NCBI GenBank assembly: GCA_035708745.1
Contig: DASTFJ010000250.1
Coordinates: forward strand, 76,987 to 140,986
DNA: 64,000 nt
Reading direction: 5' to 3'
Origin: Thermomicrobiales bacterium
Lineage (GTDB): Bacteria > Chloroflexota > Chloroflexia > Thermomicrobiales > UBA6265
The translations under genes and the position numbers were made by a program. Of this stretch, positions 48,524-57,126 are shown in pieces. Position 1 is the stretch's first letter. Each line of letters begins with the position of its first letter. The notes under the pieces were generated by a model, which was not told where the DNA came from, did no database searches, and saw only the letters and a list, made by a program, of their open reading frames with translations.

Positions 48524-50536
48524 ATGGACCATGCGTCTAAAGACTCCATCCTCGATCGACCACTCATCCATTTTGGAAGAGAGATCTGTGGCGACCTCGA
48601 TGCTGCATTGCGACGCGAATGGTTGGTAACCAATGGGCTTGGGGGATATGCGTCCGCCGCCCTGCCGGGCACACTGACCCGGTCCTACCATGGATTGTTG
48701 GTCGCAGCCCTCGCTCCGCCGGTCGAGCGGACGGTCTTGGTGGCGGGACTCGACGAATGGGCCACGTACTCGGGCGATCGATATCCGCTGTCGACCCACG
48801 AGTTCAATGGTGGATCCGTGGCTCCGGAGGGTTACCGATTCCTGGAGTCATTCCATCTGGAGGGATCGCTGCCTGTATGGACATTCGCCATGGCGGACGC
48901 GCTTCTCGAGAAACGCATATGGATGGGTCACCGACAAAACACGACGTATGTCCGGTACCAACTGCTTCGTAGTTCCGCGGCGCTTGATCTCGAACTAACA
49001 CCGCTCCTTAGCGACCGGAGCTTTCATGCGCTGCAGTCCGGTCAGGGACAAGAAGTAGAGGTCCTGGCTGGCGATCAGGGAGCGGCCATTCGATTTGGCG
49101 ATGCGGGCCACCCATTCTGGCTCTCAATGAATCAGGCATGCTTCGAGCCAGATGCCTCGTGGTGGTGGAACTTCCATTTCCGGGAGGAATCTGCGCGCGG
49201 TCTCGAGGATACAGGTGACCTTTTCGCGCCCGGTACATTCCGAGTTCGGCTGAACGCTGGTGAGTTCGTCCAGTTCGTAGCCACGTCTGAACCAGATCAC
49301 GAAAAGGCACGCCAAGTCGGACCTGAAAGCGCTCGGTCACGACAGCTCGAGCTGTTGCGCTGCGCCAATGCGGAATCGTCGAGTCCCCTGACCCAGCAAC
49401 TGGTGTTTGCCGCGGACCAGTTCATCGTGACCCGGCCGCTGCCCGAAAACCCTGACGGAGAATCCATCATCGCCGGCTATCACTGGTTCAACGATTGGGG
49501 ACGAGACACTATGATCTCGCTTCCCGGTCTCTGCCTGGAAACCGGCAGAACCCGGGAAGCCGAAGCGATTCTGCGAACCTTTGCCAAATACATCGATCAG
49601 GGTTTGCTTCCCAACAACTTCCCCGATCGGGCGGGCATCGTCCCTGGATACAACACTGCCGATGCCACCCTCTGGTATGTCGTCGCGCTCTATCGCTACT
49701 GGCAAGCGACCGGTGATGATGGATTGGCACGAGATCTCCTTCCAATTTTGGAAGACATCGTCCGCCACCATCGGGAGGGTACGCATTTTCACATTGCGGT
49801 CGACCGACACGATGGGTTGCTAGCTGCCGGTGAATCCGGCGCACAGCTCACCTGGATGGATGCGAAAGTCGGGAATTGGGTTGTGACTCCCCGAATTGGA
49901 AAGCCCGTTGAGATCAACGCCCTCTGGTACAACGCGCTAAAGATCGCGGCCGTATTCGAAACCCGCCTGGGAACTCCCGCTTCCGCCGTCGAATTCGAGG
50001 CTCTGTCCGAACAAGTGAGATCGTCGTTCTTGCGACGCTTCCAGTGCGCCGAGCTGGATCACCTGGCCGATGTGATCGATGGTCCCGATGGTGACGACTG
50101 GTCGATGAGGCCGAACCAGATGTTCGCTCTGTCGCTACCGTTTGCACTGATCGATGGCGTAGACGCATGCCGCATTCTCGATACCGTCGGAAGGAAGCTA
50201 CTCACCAGCTGGGGCTTGCGATCGCTCTCCCCGGATGACCCTGCCTACATCGAGACATACGGCGGAGATCAGCTGCGCCGTGACGGCGCCTATCACGAAG
50301 GCACGGTCTGGAGCTGGCTCCTCGGCCCGTTTGTGGAAGCGCACTATCGTCTTCATGGCGATGCGGACGCCGCGTTGCTGATTCTGGCCCCGATGGGCGA
50401 CCACCTGCGCGATGCTGGACTGGGGTCGATTTCGGAGATCTTCGAGGCTCGGGCGCCGTTCCTTCCACGGGGATGTATAGCGCAGGCCTGGGGCGTTGCG
50501 GAGACACTCAGAGTCCTTCGGATGTTGAGCAATTGA
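48524..50536 (+). CDS. Glycogen debranching enzyme, archaeal-type N-domain plus amylo-alpha-1,6-glucosidase domain
   Basis: REWLVTNGLGGYAS N-terminus and GYHWFNDWGRDTMISLPG core. Confidence 0.85.
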   Translation: MDHASKDSILDRPLIHFGREICGDLDAALRREWLVTNGLGGYASAALPGTLTRSYHGLLVAALAPPVERTVLVAGLDEWATYSGDRYPLSTHEFNGGSVAPEGYRFLESFHLEGSLPVWTFAMADALLEKRIWMGHRQNTTYVRYQLLRSSAALDLELTPLLSDRSFHALQSGQGQEVEVLAGDQGAAIRFGDAGHPFWLSMNQACFEPDASWWWNFHFREESARGLEDTGDLFAPGTFRVRLNAGEFVQFVATSEPDHEKARQVGPESARSRQLELLRCANAESSSPLTQQLVFAADQFIVTRPLPENPDGESIIAGYHWFNDWGRDTMISLPGLCLETGRTREAEAILRTFAKYIDQGLLPNNFPDRAGIVPGYNTADATLWYVVALYRYWQATGDDGLARDLLPILEDIVRHHREGTHFHIAVDRHDGLLAAGESGAQLTWMDAKVGNWVVTPRIGKPVEINALWYNALKIAAVFETRLGTPASAVEFEALSEQVRSSFLRRFQCAELDHLADVIDGPDGDDWSMRPNQMFALSLPFALIDGVDACRILDTVGRKLLTSWGLRSLSPDDPAYIETYGGDQLRRDGAYHEGTVWSWLLGPFVEAHYRLHGDADAALLILAPMGDHLRDAGLGSISEIFEARAPFLPRGCIAQAWGVAETLRVLRMLSN

Positions 50537-50606
50537 TTGCACCAGAGGGCCGCATCGCACTTGGCAGCAACACGGCCAGAGTTCAGGAAGTGAGGAACTG
50601 ACTGCG

Positions 50607-51440
50607 ATGAAGCTACGCAACCTCGAGGAACGTTGGGTTATCTGCGATGGTCTCCCTCTCCATTACTGGGCGTCAACCAGCGATCACGCCTCGAATCCAA
50701 CAACGCTCGTTCATATCCATGGCTTTGGGATTTCCGGTCGATATCTACTGCCCACAGCCGATCTCTTGGCAGCTGAGTACCGTACGTTTGTGCCCGACCT
50801 CCCAGGATATGGCCGAAGCGTTCATCCCGAGCGTGTGCTATCCATTCCGCAGCTCGCTGAATCGATGGTGCACTTTCTGGATAAGGTTGGTGTCGATCAC
50901 GCCACCCTGGTCGGAAACTCGATGGGGTGCATTATCGCCATCGAAACCGCCCGTGAGGAACCGGAGCGTATCGATCGAGTCATACTCGTTTCTCCGGCCG
51001 GAGGGCGAAACAACCGCCCTGTCTTCAAAGGAGTCGCCCAGCTCGCACTCGATGGATTTCGGGAGCCACCGAGGATGTACGCCATTGCGGTTCCAGATTA
51101 CCTCAGGTTCGGACTCATCAACGCGGGCAAACTTTTTTGGCAGATGATTCACTACCCGACCGTCGACCGCTTCCGAGAGACCAATTCATCAGCTCTGGTG
51201 GTCCTCGGCGCGCGTGATCCGCTCGTAAGCGAAGAACGCATCGTCAAGGGCACCATGGCCAATGAGCACATCCAGGTGGTTCGGATCAATGGCGCAGCCC
51301 ACGCCATCAACTATTCACACCCTGCAACACTCGCTACGTTATTTCGCCTGTTCCTGGAAGGACGACCACTCCAGGACGACGGGGCCTCCGAAGGCAATCC
51401 GGCCGTCCCCTACGCAACCCTTCCCTTGCCGGCACCATAA
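50607..51440 (+). CDS. Alpha/beta hydrolase
   Basis: Nucleophile elbow GNSMG and an HG oxyanion motif (IHGFG). Confidence 0.8.
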   Translation: MKLRNLEERWVICDGLPLHYWASTSDHASNPTTLVHIHGFGISGRYLLPTADLLAAEYRTFVPDLPGYGRSVHPERVLSIPQLAESMVHFLDKVGVDHATLVGNSMGCIIAIETAREEPERIDRVILVSPAGGRNNRPVFKGVAQLALDGFREPPRMYAIAVPDYLRFGLINAGKLFWQMIHYPTVDRFRETNSSALVVLGARDPLVSEERIVKGTMANEHIQVVRINGAAHAINYSHPATLATLFRLFLEGRPLQDDGASEGNPAVPYATLPLPAP

Positions 51441-51667
51441 GCCCCTGCAGTTGGAGCAATGATGCAGTCTCATCTAACTCTCTAACGATCTACACGGCGC
51501 GTCCTTATCAGCGCTGGTACCACGTCGGCTTCGGGATGGGATCGACCCAAAGCTCGGTACATTCGAGAGGAGGAAACTTCGCATGGTCGTGGCTTGACGT
51601 GTATGGGAACGACCTTTCCTCATGAAGCCCGACGACTGTCGGTCGCTCTCAATCGCCGGACTTGTGT

Positions 51668-52540
51668 ATGAATATGTTGACCGTAACTGCGAAGTTGCAC
51701 GACGCTTTTGAACAAGCCGTCGATCAATTGATAAGCATTGGCATTGGGATCTTGTCGATCGCCGTGGTTTTGTTACTCGCGCGCATTATTATCCGGTTTG
51801 CTAGACACATATTTTGGAGACGCTTTGGCTCGCGACAGCTCAAAGCTGACGCAGTCACGCTGATAGATAACGGCATTAGTTTTCTGGTCTATTTCGCTGC
51901 CACAACGCTGTTGCTGGCCTTGGGGGGTGCGTCCTGGTCTACTCTGCTCACTGCCATCAGCATCAGCACCCTGGCCGCGGTATTGGGTCTTCAGGACCTG
52001 TTGAAAAGCGTCCTCGGCGGCATTTTTGTGGTGCTCGATCAACCGTATAGCGTGGGGGATCGGGTTCTGCTCAATGGTGCTGAGGGTGAAGTCATGACGG
52101 TGCAACTCCGAACTACGATCGTCCGCGCTTCCGACGGCCATCAGGTGTCGATTCCAAATACAGCCGTGCTCACCGCTCCCCTTCACAATTTCGACCGGAC
52201 GATGGAATCAGAGACGATCGTACGAGTTTCAGGCATCTGCGGAAACCGTGAAGAGACTCAGAGCCGGCTTGAAGCGCTCCTGAGCCGACAACCTCCCATC
52301 GACGCGAAAGTCATCGTCACGACCAAGTCCCCCCAACGAGCGAGAACACTCATCACCCGATGGCGTGGTGCACCGCCCGATCGTCACACGAACGAGTCTC
52401 TTGAACAATCTGACTTGCAGATCACGATTCTCTTGGCCGACATTTCCAATTCCGCCGGAGCTGAATCCGATGCCGTGGCTCGGCTGCATGGGGAATTCCC
52501 GGGTGCGGTGGTTTCGGTAAAACACGACTCCGCACATTGA
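51668..52540 (+). CDS. MscS-family mechanosensitive channel
   Basis: PYSVGDRVLLNGAEGEVMTVQLRTTIVRASDGHQVSIPN beta-domain pattern. Confidence 0.75.
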   Translation: MNMLTVTAKLHDAFEQAVDQLISIGIGILSIAVVLLLARIIIRFARHIFWRRFGSRQLKADAVTLIDNGISFLVYFAATTLLLALGGASWSTLLTAISISTLAAVLGLQDLLKSVLGGIFVVLDQPYSVGDRVLLNGAEGEVMTVQLRTTIVRASDGHQVSIPNTAVLTAPLHNFDRTMESETIVRVSGICGNREETQSRLEALLSRQPPIDAKVIVTTKSPQRARTLITRWRGAPPDRHTNESLEQSDLQITILLADISNSAGAESDAVARLHGEFPGAVVSVKHDSAH

Positions 52541-52791
52541 GCTAATCGCTTCACCGACGTCATGCATTCGGACGAGCAGACGACCACGTGTCGAAATCAG
52601 CCGGCCGCTGCACTTGCTTCACCGCCCGGTGCCACAAAGATCGGATAAATCCCTCCTTTGGGTGATGGGCACGCCCCGTGGCGCCGTGACATCGTAGGAG
52701 CGAGCAATTCATCCTACGTCGCAGCCAGGAAGCATTGCTTTCTGCAATAAGAAGTGGTGGTTTGCTGTCCACACGGGTTAGGAGGCAAAAG

Positions 52792-53310
52792 ATGGCATTG
52801 ATGTTGGCATTGATCTACGACACCCCGGATACCGCCGATCGCGCTTTTACCGTGGTCGAGTCGCTCGAATCAGCCCGCTACGTCACCATTCTCGATCGAG
52901 CGCTCTTGACCAAAGAAAAGAACGGTTCAGTCGAGCTGGAAAAAGAAGAGCATCCGGTCAGACACGGCGCAACTGCGGGCGCAGTTCTCGGTGGGATGCT
53001 AGGTCTCATATTCTTGGCACCGGCGGCGGGGGCTGCGGCAGGGGCCGCCGTTGGTGCGGTTGTTGGCCGCAACGCTGACAGTGGGCATCGTGAGTTCAAG
53101 TCGTTTGTAAATAACGTGAAGACCGAAATTCCGAAAGGTGGGAGCGCGATCGTCCTGCTGGGAGATACCGACGCGCCAGATCGGGTGATTCACGACCTCG
53201 GAAGTTTCGGAGGTCGGCTCCTGAGCTACGACCTTTCCGATGACCAGCTTGCTGCACTGCAACAGGAGGTCGATACGGTGGCCAAGCAATCCGGGCACCG
53301 AGAAGCCTGA
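52792..53310 (+). CDS. DUF1269-family membrane protein (paralog 4)
   Basis: AGGAGG lies upstream. Glycine zipper GATAGAVLGGMLGLIFLAPAAGAAAGAAVGAVVG. Confidence 0.8.
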   Translation: MALMLALIYDTPDTADRAFTVVESLESARYVTILDRALLTKEKNGSVELEKEEHPVRHGATAGAVLGGMLGLIFLAPAAGAAAGAAVGAVVGRNADSGHREFKSFVNNVKTEIPKGGSAIVLLGDTDAPDRVIHDLGSFGGRLLSYDLSDDQLAALQQEVDTVAKQSGHREA

Positions 53311-53404
53311 AGCTCATTCCCTGTCTAGCGCGAGCATCAGCTCTGCGAATGAGTCTGCTCTCTCCGAGTCATACCCCGTTACGTGGAAATGGAAGGATCT
53401 ACCA

Positions 53405-53866
53405 ATGACCGACGCTGAACTTACCCAACAACTTGCTGGCATCGATGCAATGTTTGTCCAGGTCGCCTCAGCGACCGAAGCATCCGAGGGACAGCTTATT
53501 CTCAAGGGCGTTGGGGAGTCGACCCTGTTCTTCAGTGACCGCCCGCAGCGAGTGGTCGGTCATATCCATACATCTCAGCTGGTCTCAGTCTGGGACGATG
53601 GGGATAACAGCTTCAAAAGCGACCCGCCAAACGCGGTGCTCTCGTTCGTTGGACGGGGGGACGCTGTCCCGAACGATATCGTCCTTGTGATCAATGATCC
53701 GGTTCTGTCCGGATCGGACCTCAGCTATGCCGTAAGCGTTCTGGACGGAACGCTACCGGTCAGCACGGGCGCTTGCACGCTCTTCATCGATCCGTTTGGC
53801 CGGCCGCTCTCGCCCGTTTCGCTGGCGGGCATGAATCGCCGAGATCGTCGCCGCGACCGACGCTGA
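53405..53866 (+). CDS. Hypothetical protein with an Arg-rich tail
   Basis: 153 aa starting MTDAELTQQ. Its composition looks coding, but I recognise no family. Confidence 0.55.
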   Translation: MTDAELTQQLAGIDAMFVQVASATEASEGQLILKGVGESTLFFSDRPQRVVGHIHTSQLVSVWDDGDNSFKSDPPNAVLSFVGRGDAVPNDIVLVINDPVLSGSDLSYAVSVLDGTLPVSTGACTLFIDPFGRPLSPVSLAGMNRRDRRRDRR

Positions 53867-54096
53867 GGCTGACCCGCGACGAAGCGAGCAAAACGATCGA
53901 CTACTTCTTTGTGGCGATAGATACGAGCCAGCGCAGGGCAAAATTTGAGTGCGTATCGACTGTCGGATCCGCTGAGGTCAACGAAAAGCTCGCGGGCTTT
54001 AGCGCTGAGTTGGCAGAGTGCGTGAGTGGATGGCGGCTACCTGCACAGGTGATTGGTAAGGGCCGGGCCGCGCCGGCCAGCATGTTTACGCGGTTT

Positions 54097-54160
54097 TTGG
54101 TCGGTGAGCAAAACTCGCCTCCTATGCGAACCGGCGTAGGTTCCATTCCTTCCCGGGATA
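54097..54160 (+). pseudogene. tRNA-Arg(CCU)-like relic (D-loop to 3' end, degenerate)
   Basis: Anticodon arm UCGC-CUCCUAU-GCGA, T arm GUAGG-UUCCAUU-CCUUC (4 of 5 pairs, non-canonical loop), 3' acceptor CCGGGAU-A. There is no matching 5' acceptor strand. Confidence 0.5.
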
Positions 54161-54274
54161 CCCGTCTCAACATCCGACCAGCGGTGGCTCGAAAACCGGG
54201 CTCTTGACCTGCTACCTCTCGACCAATGTGACATTTGTCGCATCCGGGAGCTATTGCATGTGTGCACGGTGTGT

Positions 54275-54520
54275 TCACGCGCCACATTGAGAACGCCTGG
54301 TTTGGCCCAATAACGCATCCATCTCCACGGCCGCTTCGGCCTGGCAGCCGGCCAGTGTGTGGGCGTAGAGATCGTTCGTAGTCGTGGTAAGCGGAATCTC
54401 CTGCAGAATCTGCCAGCTTCCTTGCGTATGGCGTAGATGAGGAAGGCGCTGGTAGATCGAACTGCGCGAGCGGCCCGGAAAGGTTGACCATGACGGACGG
54501 ATCGACCCCCGAAGCTCCAG
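54275..54520 (-). pseudogene. Second tyrosine recombinase relic (C-terminal part)
   Basis: The minus-strand frame reads HLRHTQGSWQILQEIPLTTTTNDLYAHTLAG (HxLRHT...TT..xYAH pattern) and stops at 54275-54277. The region 54223-54284 is homologous to 13683-13745. Confidence 0.55.
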
Positions 54521-54668
54521 TCCTCCGACTGACTCGTTCTGAATCAGCGACGAACCGCTGGATTACTACCCGCCATCTTGGCAACCCCTCAGCGACGACG
54601 ACGGCCGCGTCCTCGTCAGCGAGGTTACGTTGGTGTGATCATTCCATCCTGCCAATGTAAGGAATGAC

Positions 54669-56945
54669 ATGACCGGGTTATCACTCTCCGACCAACAGTA
54701 TTCTGCCTTCGCCGATCGCGATCGCTTCACTGCGGAAGACATCGAGGTACTCCTCTACGGTCTCGACCGCACACCTCGGCTGGTCGCCGCTGAATTTCGG
54801 CCGCCGCACAAGATACTCCTCTTTCAGCGAACTGATACTGGTCAGACCGTCGCCATCGAACAGATCTTCAGGCCGTGGTTGATTGCGAGCGACGCAGAAG
54901 CGCTGCGGAACCTTCGCCCGGCGCCGGAGAGCCGGTCCTTGCGCGGCGCCGGGACGCATTCGCTGGCGACGCTGTTCGAGTTCGATTCGTGGGAGCAATT
55001 CCGTCGCGCGTACGATCTCCTGCCACCGCAATCGAGCGGCGCCTATCAGGTCAATTCGCCGGTCAGCCAGTTTTTGATGCGAACAGGTATTACCCTCTTC
55101 AAAGGGATGCGATTCGAGGATCTTCGCCGCCTTCAACTTGATATCGAAACCTTGAGCCTGAATCCGCGGGACGACGACGGTGCGATCGTGATGATTGCCC
55201 TGAAGCAGGGGGCTCACGAGGAGTTGCTCTTTCTCGAGACCAACGAGCGGGACCTCCTTCTCCGATTCTCGGAGGCGGTTCAGCGGCTCGATCCCGACGT
55301 GATCGAGGGCCACAATGTCTTCAATTTCGATTTTCCCTATCTGATCGAACGGGCACGGCGGTGGCAGGCTCCGCTGCGCCTGGGCCGCGACGGATCGCCG
55401 CCACTGGTCAACGAGCAGCAACGGTTTCGCGCTGGACCGGTGTCGTTGCCCTATACGCAGGTTCACGTGCATGGTCGCCACATCGTTGACACCTATCAAC
55501 AGCTCCAACGTTTCGACACCGCCGGACGGCTTTCGAGCTATGCGCTGAAATCCGCAATTCGGTCGCTCGGACTCGAGCGCGAAGCGCGCGAGTTCGTCGC
55601 CGGAGATGAGATCGCTACACTCTGGAGAAATGGCGAACGCGATCGAGAACGCCTGGGCCGCTACGCCCTGGACGATGTGAGAGATGTCGATCTCCTGGCA
55701 AGGATCACTGTTCCCACCGAGTTCTATCAAACCCAAATTCTTCCAATGACCTTTCAGCGAACCACGGTCACGGGCACGGGCCGCAAAATCGACGATCTCA
55801 TGGTTCGCGCCTATCTCGCAGCGGAGCACGCGCTTCCAGAGCCCGGCCGTTCCCGTCCTTACCCTGGCGGATTTACCGAGCTCGTGCGCACCGGCGTGTT
55901 TGGACCGATCGTCAAGGCCGATGTCGAAAGTCTCTACCCATCGATCATGCTGCACGATGACATCGCAGCAACCAGCGACACCCTGGGCGCTTTTCCGGTA
56001 CTGCTGCGTGAGCTGACTAAGCGGCGCATCGACGCGAAGCAGCGGGCTCGCCAAACAGATGGAGAAGAACACGCGCTATGGGATGGCCTCCAGGGCAGCT
56101 TCAAAGTGCTGATCAACTCGTTCTACGGCTACTTGGGATACGGCAGGGGATTGTTCAATGATTTCGATGCCGCCGAGCGGGTGACGCTCGAAGGGCAGCG
56201 ATTGATCCGAAACGTGGTATCAGAGTTGGATCTCCACGGAGCAAAGCCGATAGAGGTCGATACCGACGGCGTCTATTTCACTCCACCCGATGGGGTCACG
56301 ACGGAGGAGGACGAAGAAGCCTTCATCGCCACGATCGGCTCATTGGCGTTGCCCGAAGGCGTGCGATTGGCTCATGACGGTCGTTATAAGAAGATGCTTT
56401 CCCTCAAGCTCAAAACGTACGCATTGCTCGATTACTCCGGATCGCTCACCCTCAAAGGGAGCTCGTTACGCAGCCGCCGCATGGAGCGCTGCTTTCTGCG
56501 CTTCATTCAGGATGCAGCGCGCGACTTCATGCTCGATCGGCGCGAGGACGTCCGCGACCGATACTTCGAGCTGGCGGAGGCAATCCAGCAAAAGACCGTC
56601 GATCCGCGTGAGATCAGCCAATGGACGATGGTGAATCGCAGCTCCCTCGAGAAACAGCCGCGGCTCAAGGCGCTGCTCGACGCCAATCCGGGTCGCTGGC
56701 GTTTCGGTGAGCGCATCGAAGTCTTTGAGCGTGTAGATGGTTCGCTGGGATTCCTGGAGGACTATGCGCACGACGAGAATACGCGCGACCTCCTCCGCCG
56801 CTTGTCCGATACGGCCGCTCGCTTCAAGGAGGCGTTCGCGACGACGGCAGAATTCGAGGCCTTTTTCCCAAAGATCACACCGATGACGCGGTTGAGCGAA
56901 GCACGAGAAATCAGGCCAGTCCATCAGCTCACGCTCTTCGGTTAA
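54669..56945 (+). CDS. polB: Family-B DNA polymerase, Pol II-like, all catalytic motifs intact
   Basis: ExoI LDIET (residues 157-161), ExoII GHNVFNFDFPYL, ExoIII YALDDV, motif A DVESLYPSIM, motif B KVLINSFYGYLG, motif C EVDTDGVYF, KxY motif KLKTYAL. 758 aa. Confidence 0.9.
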   Translation: MTGLSLSDQQYSAFADRDRFTAEDIEVLLYGLDRTPRLVAAEFRPPHKILLFQRTDTGQTVAIEQIFRPWLIASDAEALRNLRPAPESRSLRGAGTHSLATLFEFDSWEQFRRAYDLLPPQSSGAYQVNSPVSQFLMRTGITLFKGMRFEDLRRLQLDIETLSLNPRDDDGAIVMIALKQGAHEELLFLETNERDLLLRFSEAVQRLDPDVIEGHNVFNFDFPYLIERARRWQAPLRLGRDGSPPLVNEQQRFRAGPVSLPYTQVHVHGRHIVDTYQQLQRFDTAGRLSSYALKSAIRSLGLEREAREFVAGDEIATLWRNGERDRERLGRYALDDVRDVDLLARITVPTEFYQTQILPMTFQRTTVTGTGRKIDDLMVRAYLAAEHALPEPGRSRPYPGGFTELVRTGVFGPIVKADVESLYPSIMLHDDIAATSDTLGAFPVLLRELTKRRIDAKQRARQTDGEEHALWDGLQGSFKVLINSFYGYLGYGRGLFNDFDAAERVTLEGQRLIRNVVSELDLHGAKPIEVDTDGVYFTPPDGVTTEEDEEAFIATIGSLALPEGVRLAHDGRYKKMLSLKLKTYALLDYSGSLTLKGSSLRSRRMERCFLRFIQDAARDFMLDRREDVRDRYFELAEAIQQKTVDPREISQWTMVNRSSLEKQPRLKALLDANPGRWRFGERIEVFERVDGSLGFLEDYAHDENTRDLLRRLSDTAARFKEAFATTAEFEAFFPKITPMTRLSEAREIRPVHQLTLFG

Positions 56946-56980
56946 TGGTCACTATCGGTGCTTTTCAGCCATTATCGGCG

Positions 56981-57038
56981 GTAGACGAGCGCTTGCGACC
57001 GAAGCAAGCGGTCGCGTGTTAGAGTCACGCTGGGCGCA
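56981..57038 (+). pseudogene. tRNA-Arg(CCG)-like relic lacking the 5' acceptor strand and D arm (candidate att repeat)
   Basis: 56987-57038 aligns with tRNA positions 13598-13649 without gaps, with 45 of 52 positions identical by hand alignment. The anticodon loop reads GACCGAA. Confidence 0.65.
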
Positions 57039-57126
57039 TTATCTCCGCAAGATCCATAACCAACGGAAATACCCAGCATCAGCTCAATTCGTGCGAGCCT
57101 CGCCGTTCTCGGTACGCGGCAAGGAT

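Larger units (their letters stand above)
54097..57038 (+). mobile_element. Decayed tRNA-associated integrative element relic carrying a family-B DNA polymerase
   Basis: The order is tRNA-like relic, integrase relic, intact polB, tRNA-like relic. This mirrors the tRNA-Arg plus integrase relic arrangement at 13.6 kb. Confidence 0.45.

Noticed and set aside
53901-54584. 227-aa minus-strand ORF, and the 144-aa plus-strand ORF 53773-54207, in the gap upstream of polB.
   Set aside because: Both have biased composition and no motifs. The plus-strand ORF reads straight through the tRNA-like relic, and the integrase-like signal lies in a different minus frame. The region is treated as decayed, non-coding DNA.
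54681-56072. 463-aa minus-strand ORF inside polB, and the 477-aa plus-strand ORF 57640-59073 inside treZ.
   Set aside because: Same antisense artefact. The opposite strands encode full-length, motif-complete enzymes.
54669-56945. Classifying the polymerase as a primer-independent piPolB (pipolin) or a casposon PolB.
   Set aside because: The motif pattern and N-terminal exonuclease spacing look like the RNA/DNA-primed Pol II type (DIET at residues 158-161, LKGSSLRSRR after KxY). No Cas1 gene and no terminal inverted repeats are visible. Only a phylogeny can settle this, so I report the context and do not give a pipolin label.
54097-57038. The two tRNA-like fragments as functional tRNA genes.
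   Set aside because: Neither has a 5' acceptor strand complementary to its 3' end. The 54.1-kb copy has extra nucleotides between the D and anticodon arms and a non-canonical T loop (UUCCAUU). The 57.0-kb copy lacks the D arm and has G32/A33 in the anticodon loop.
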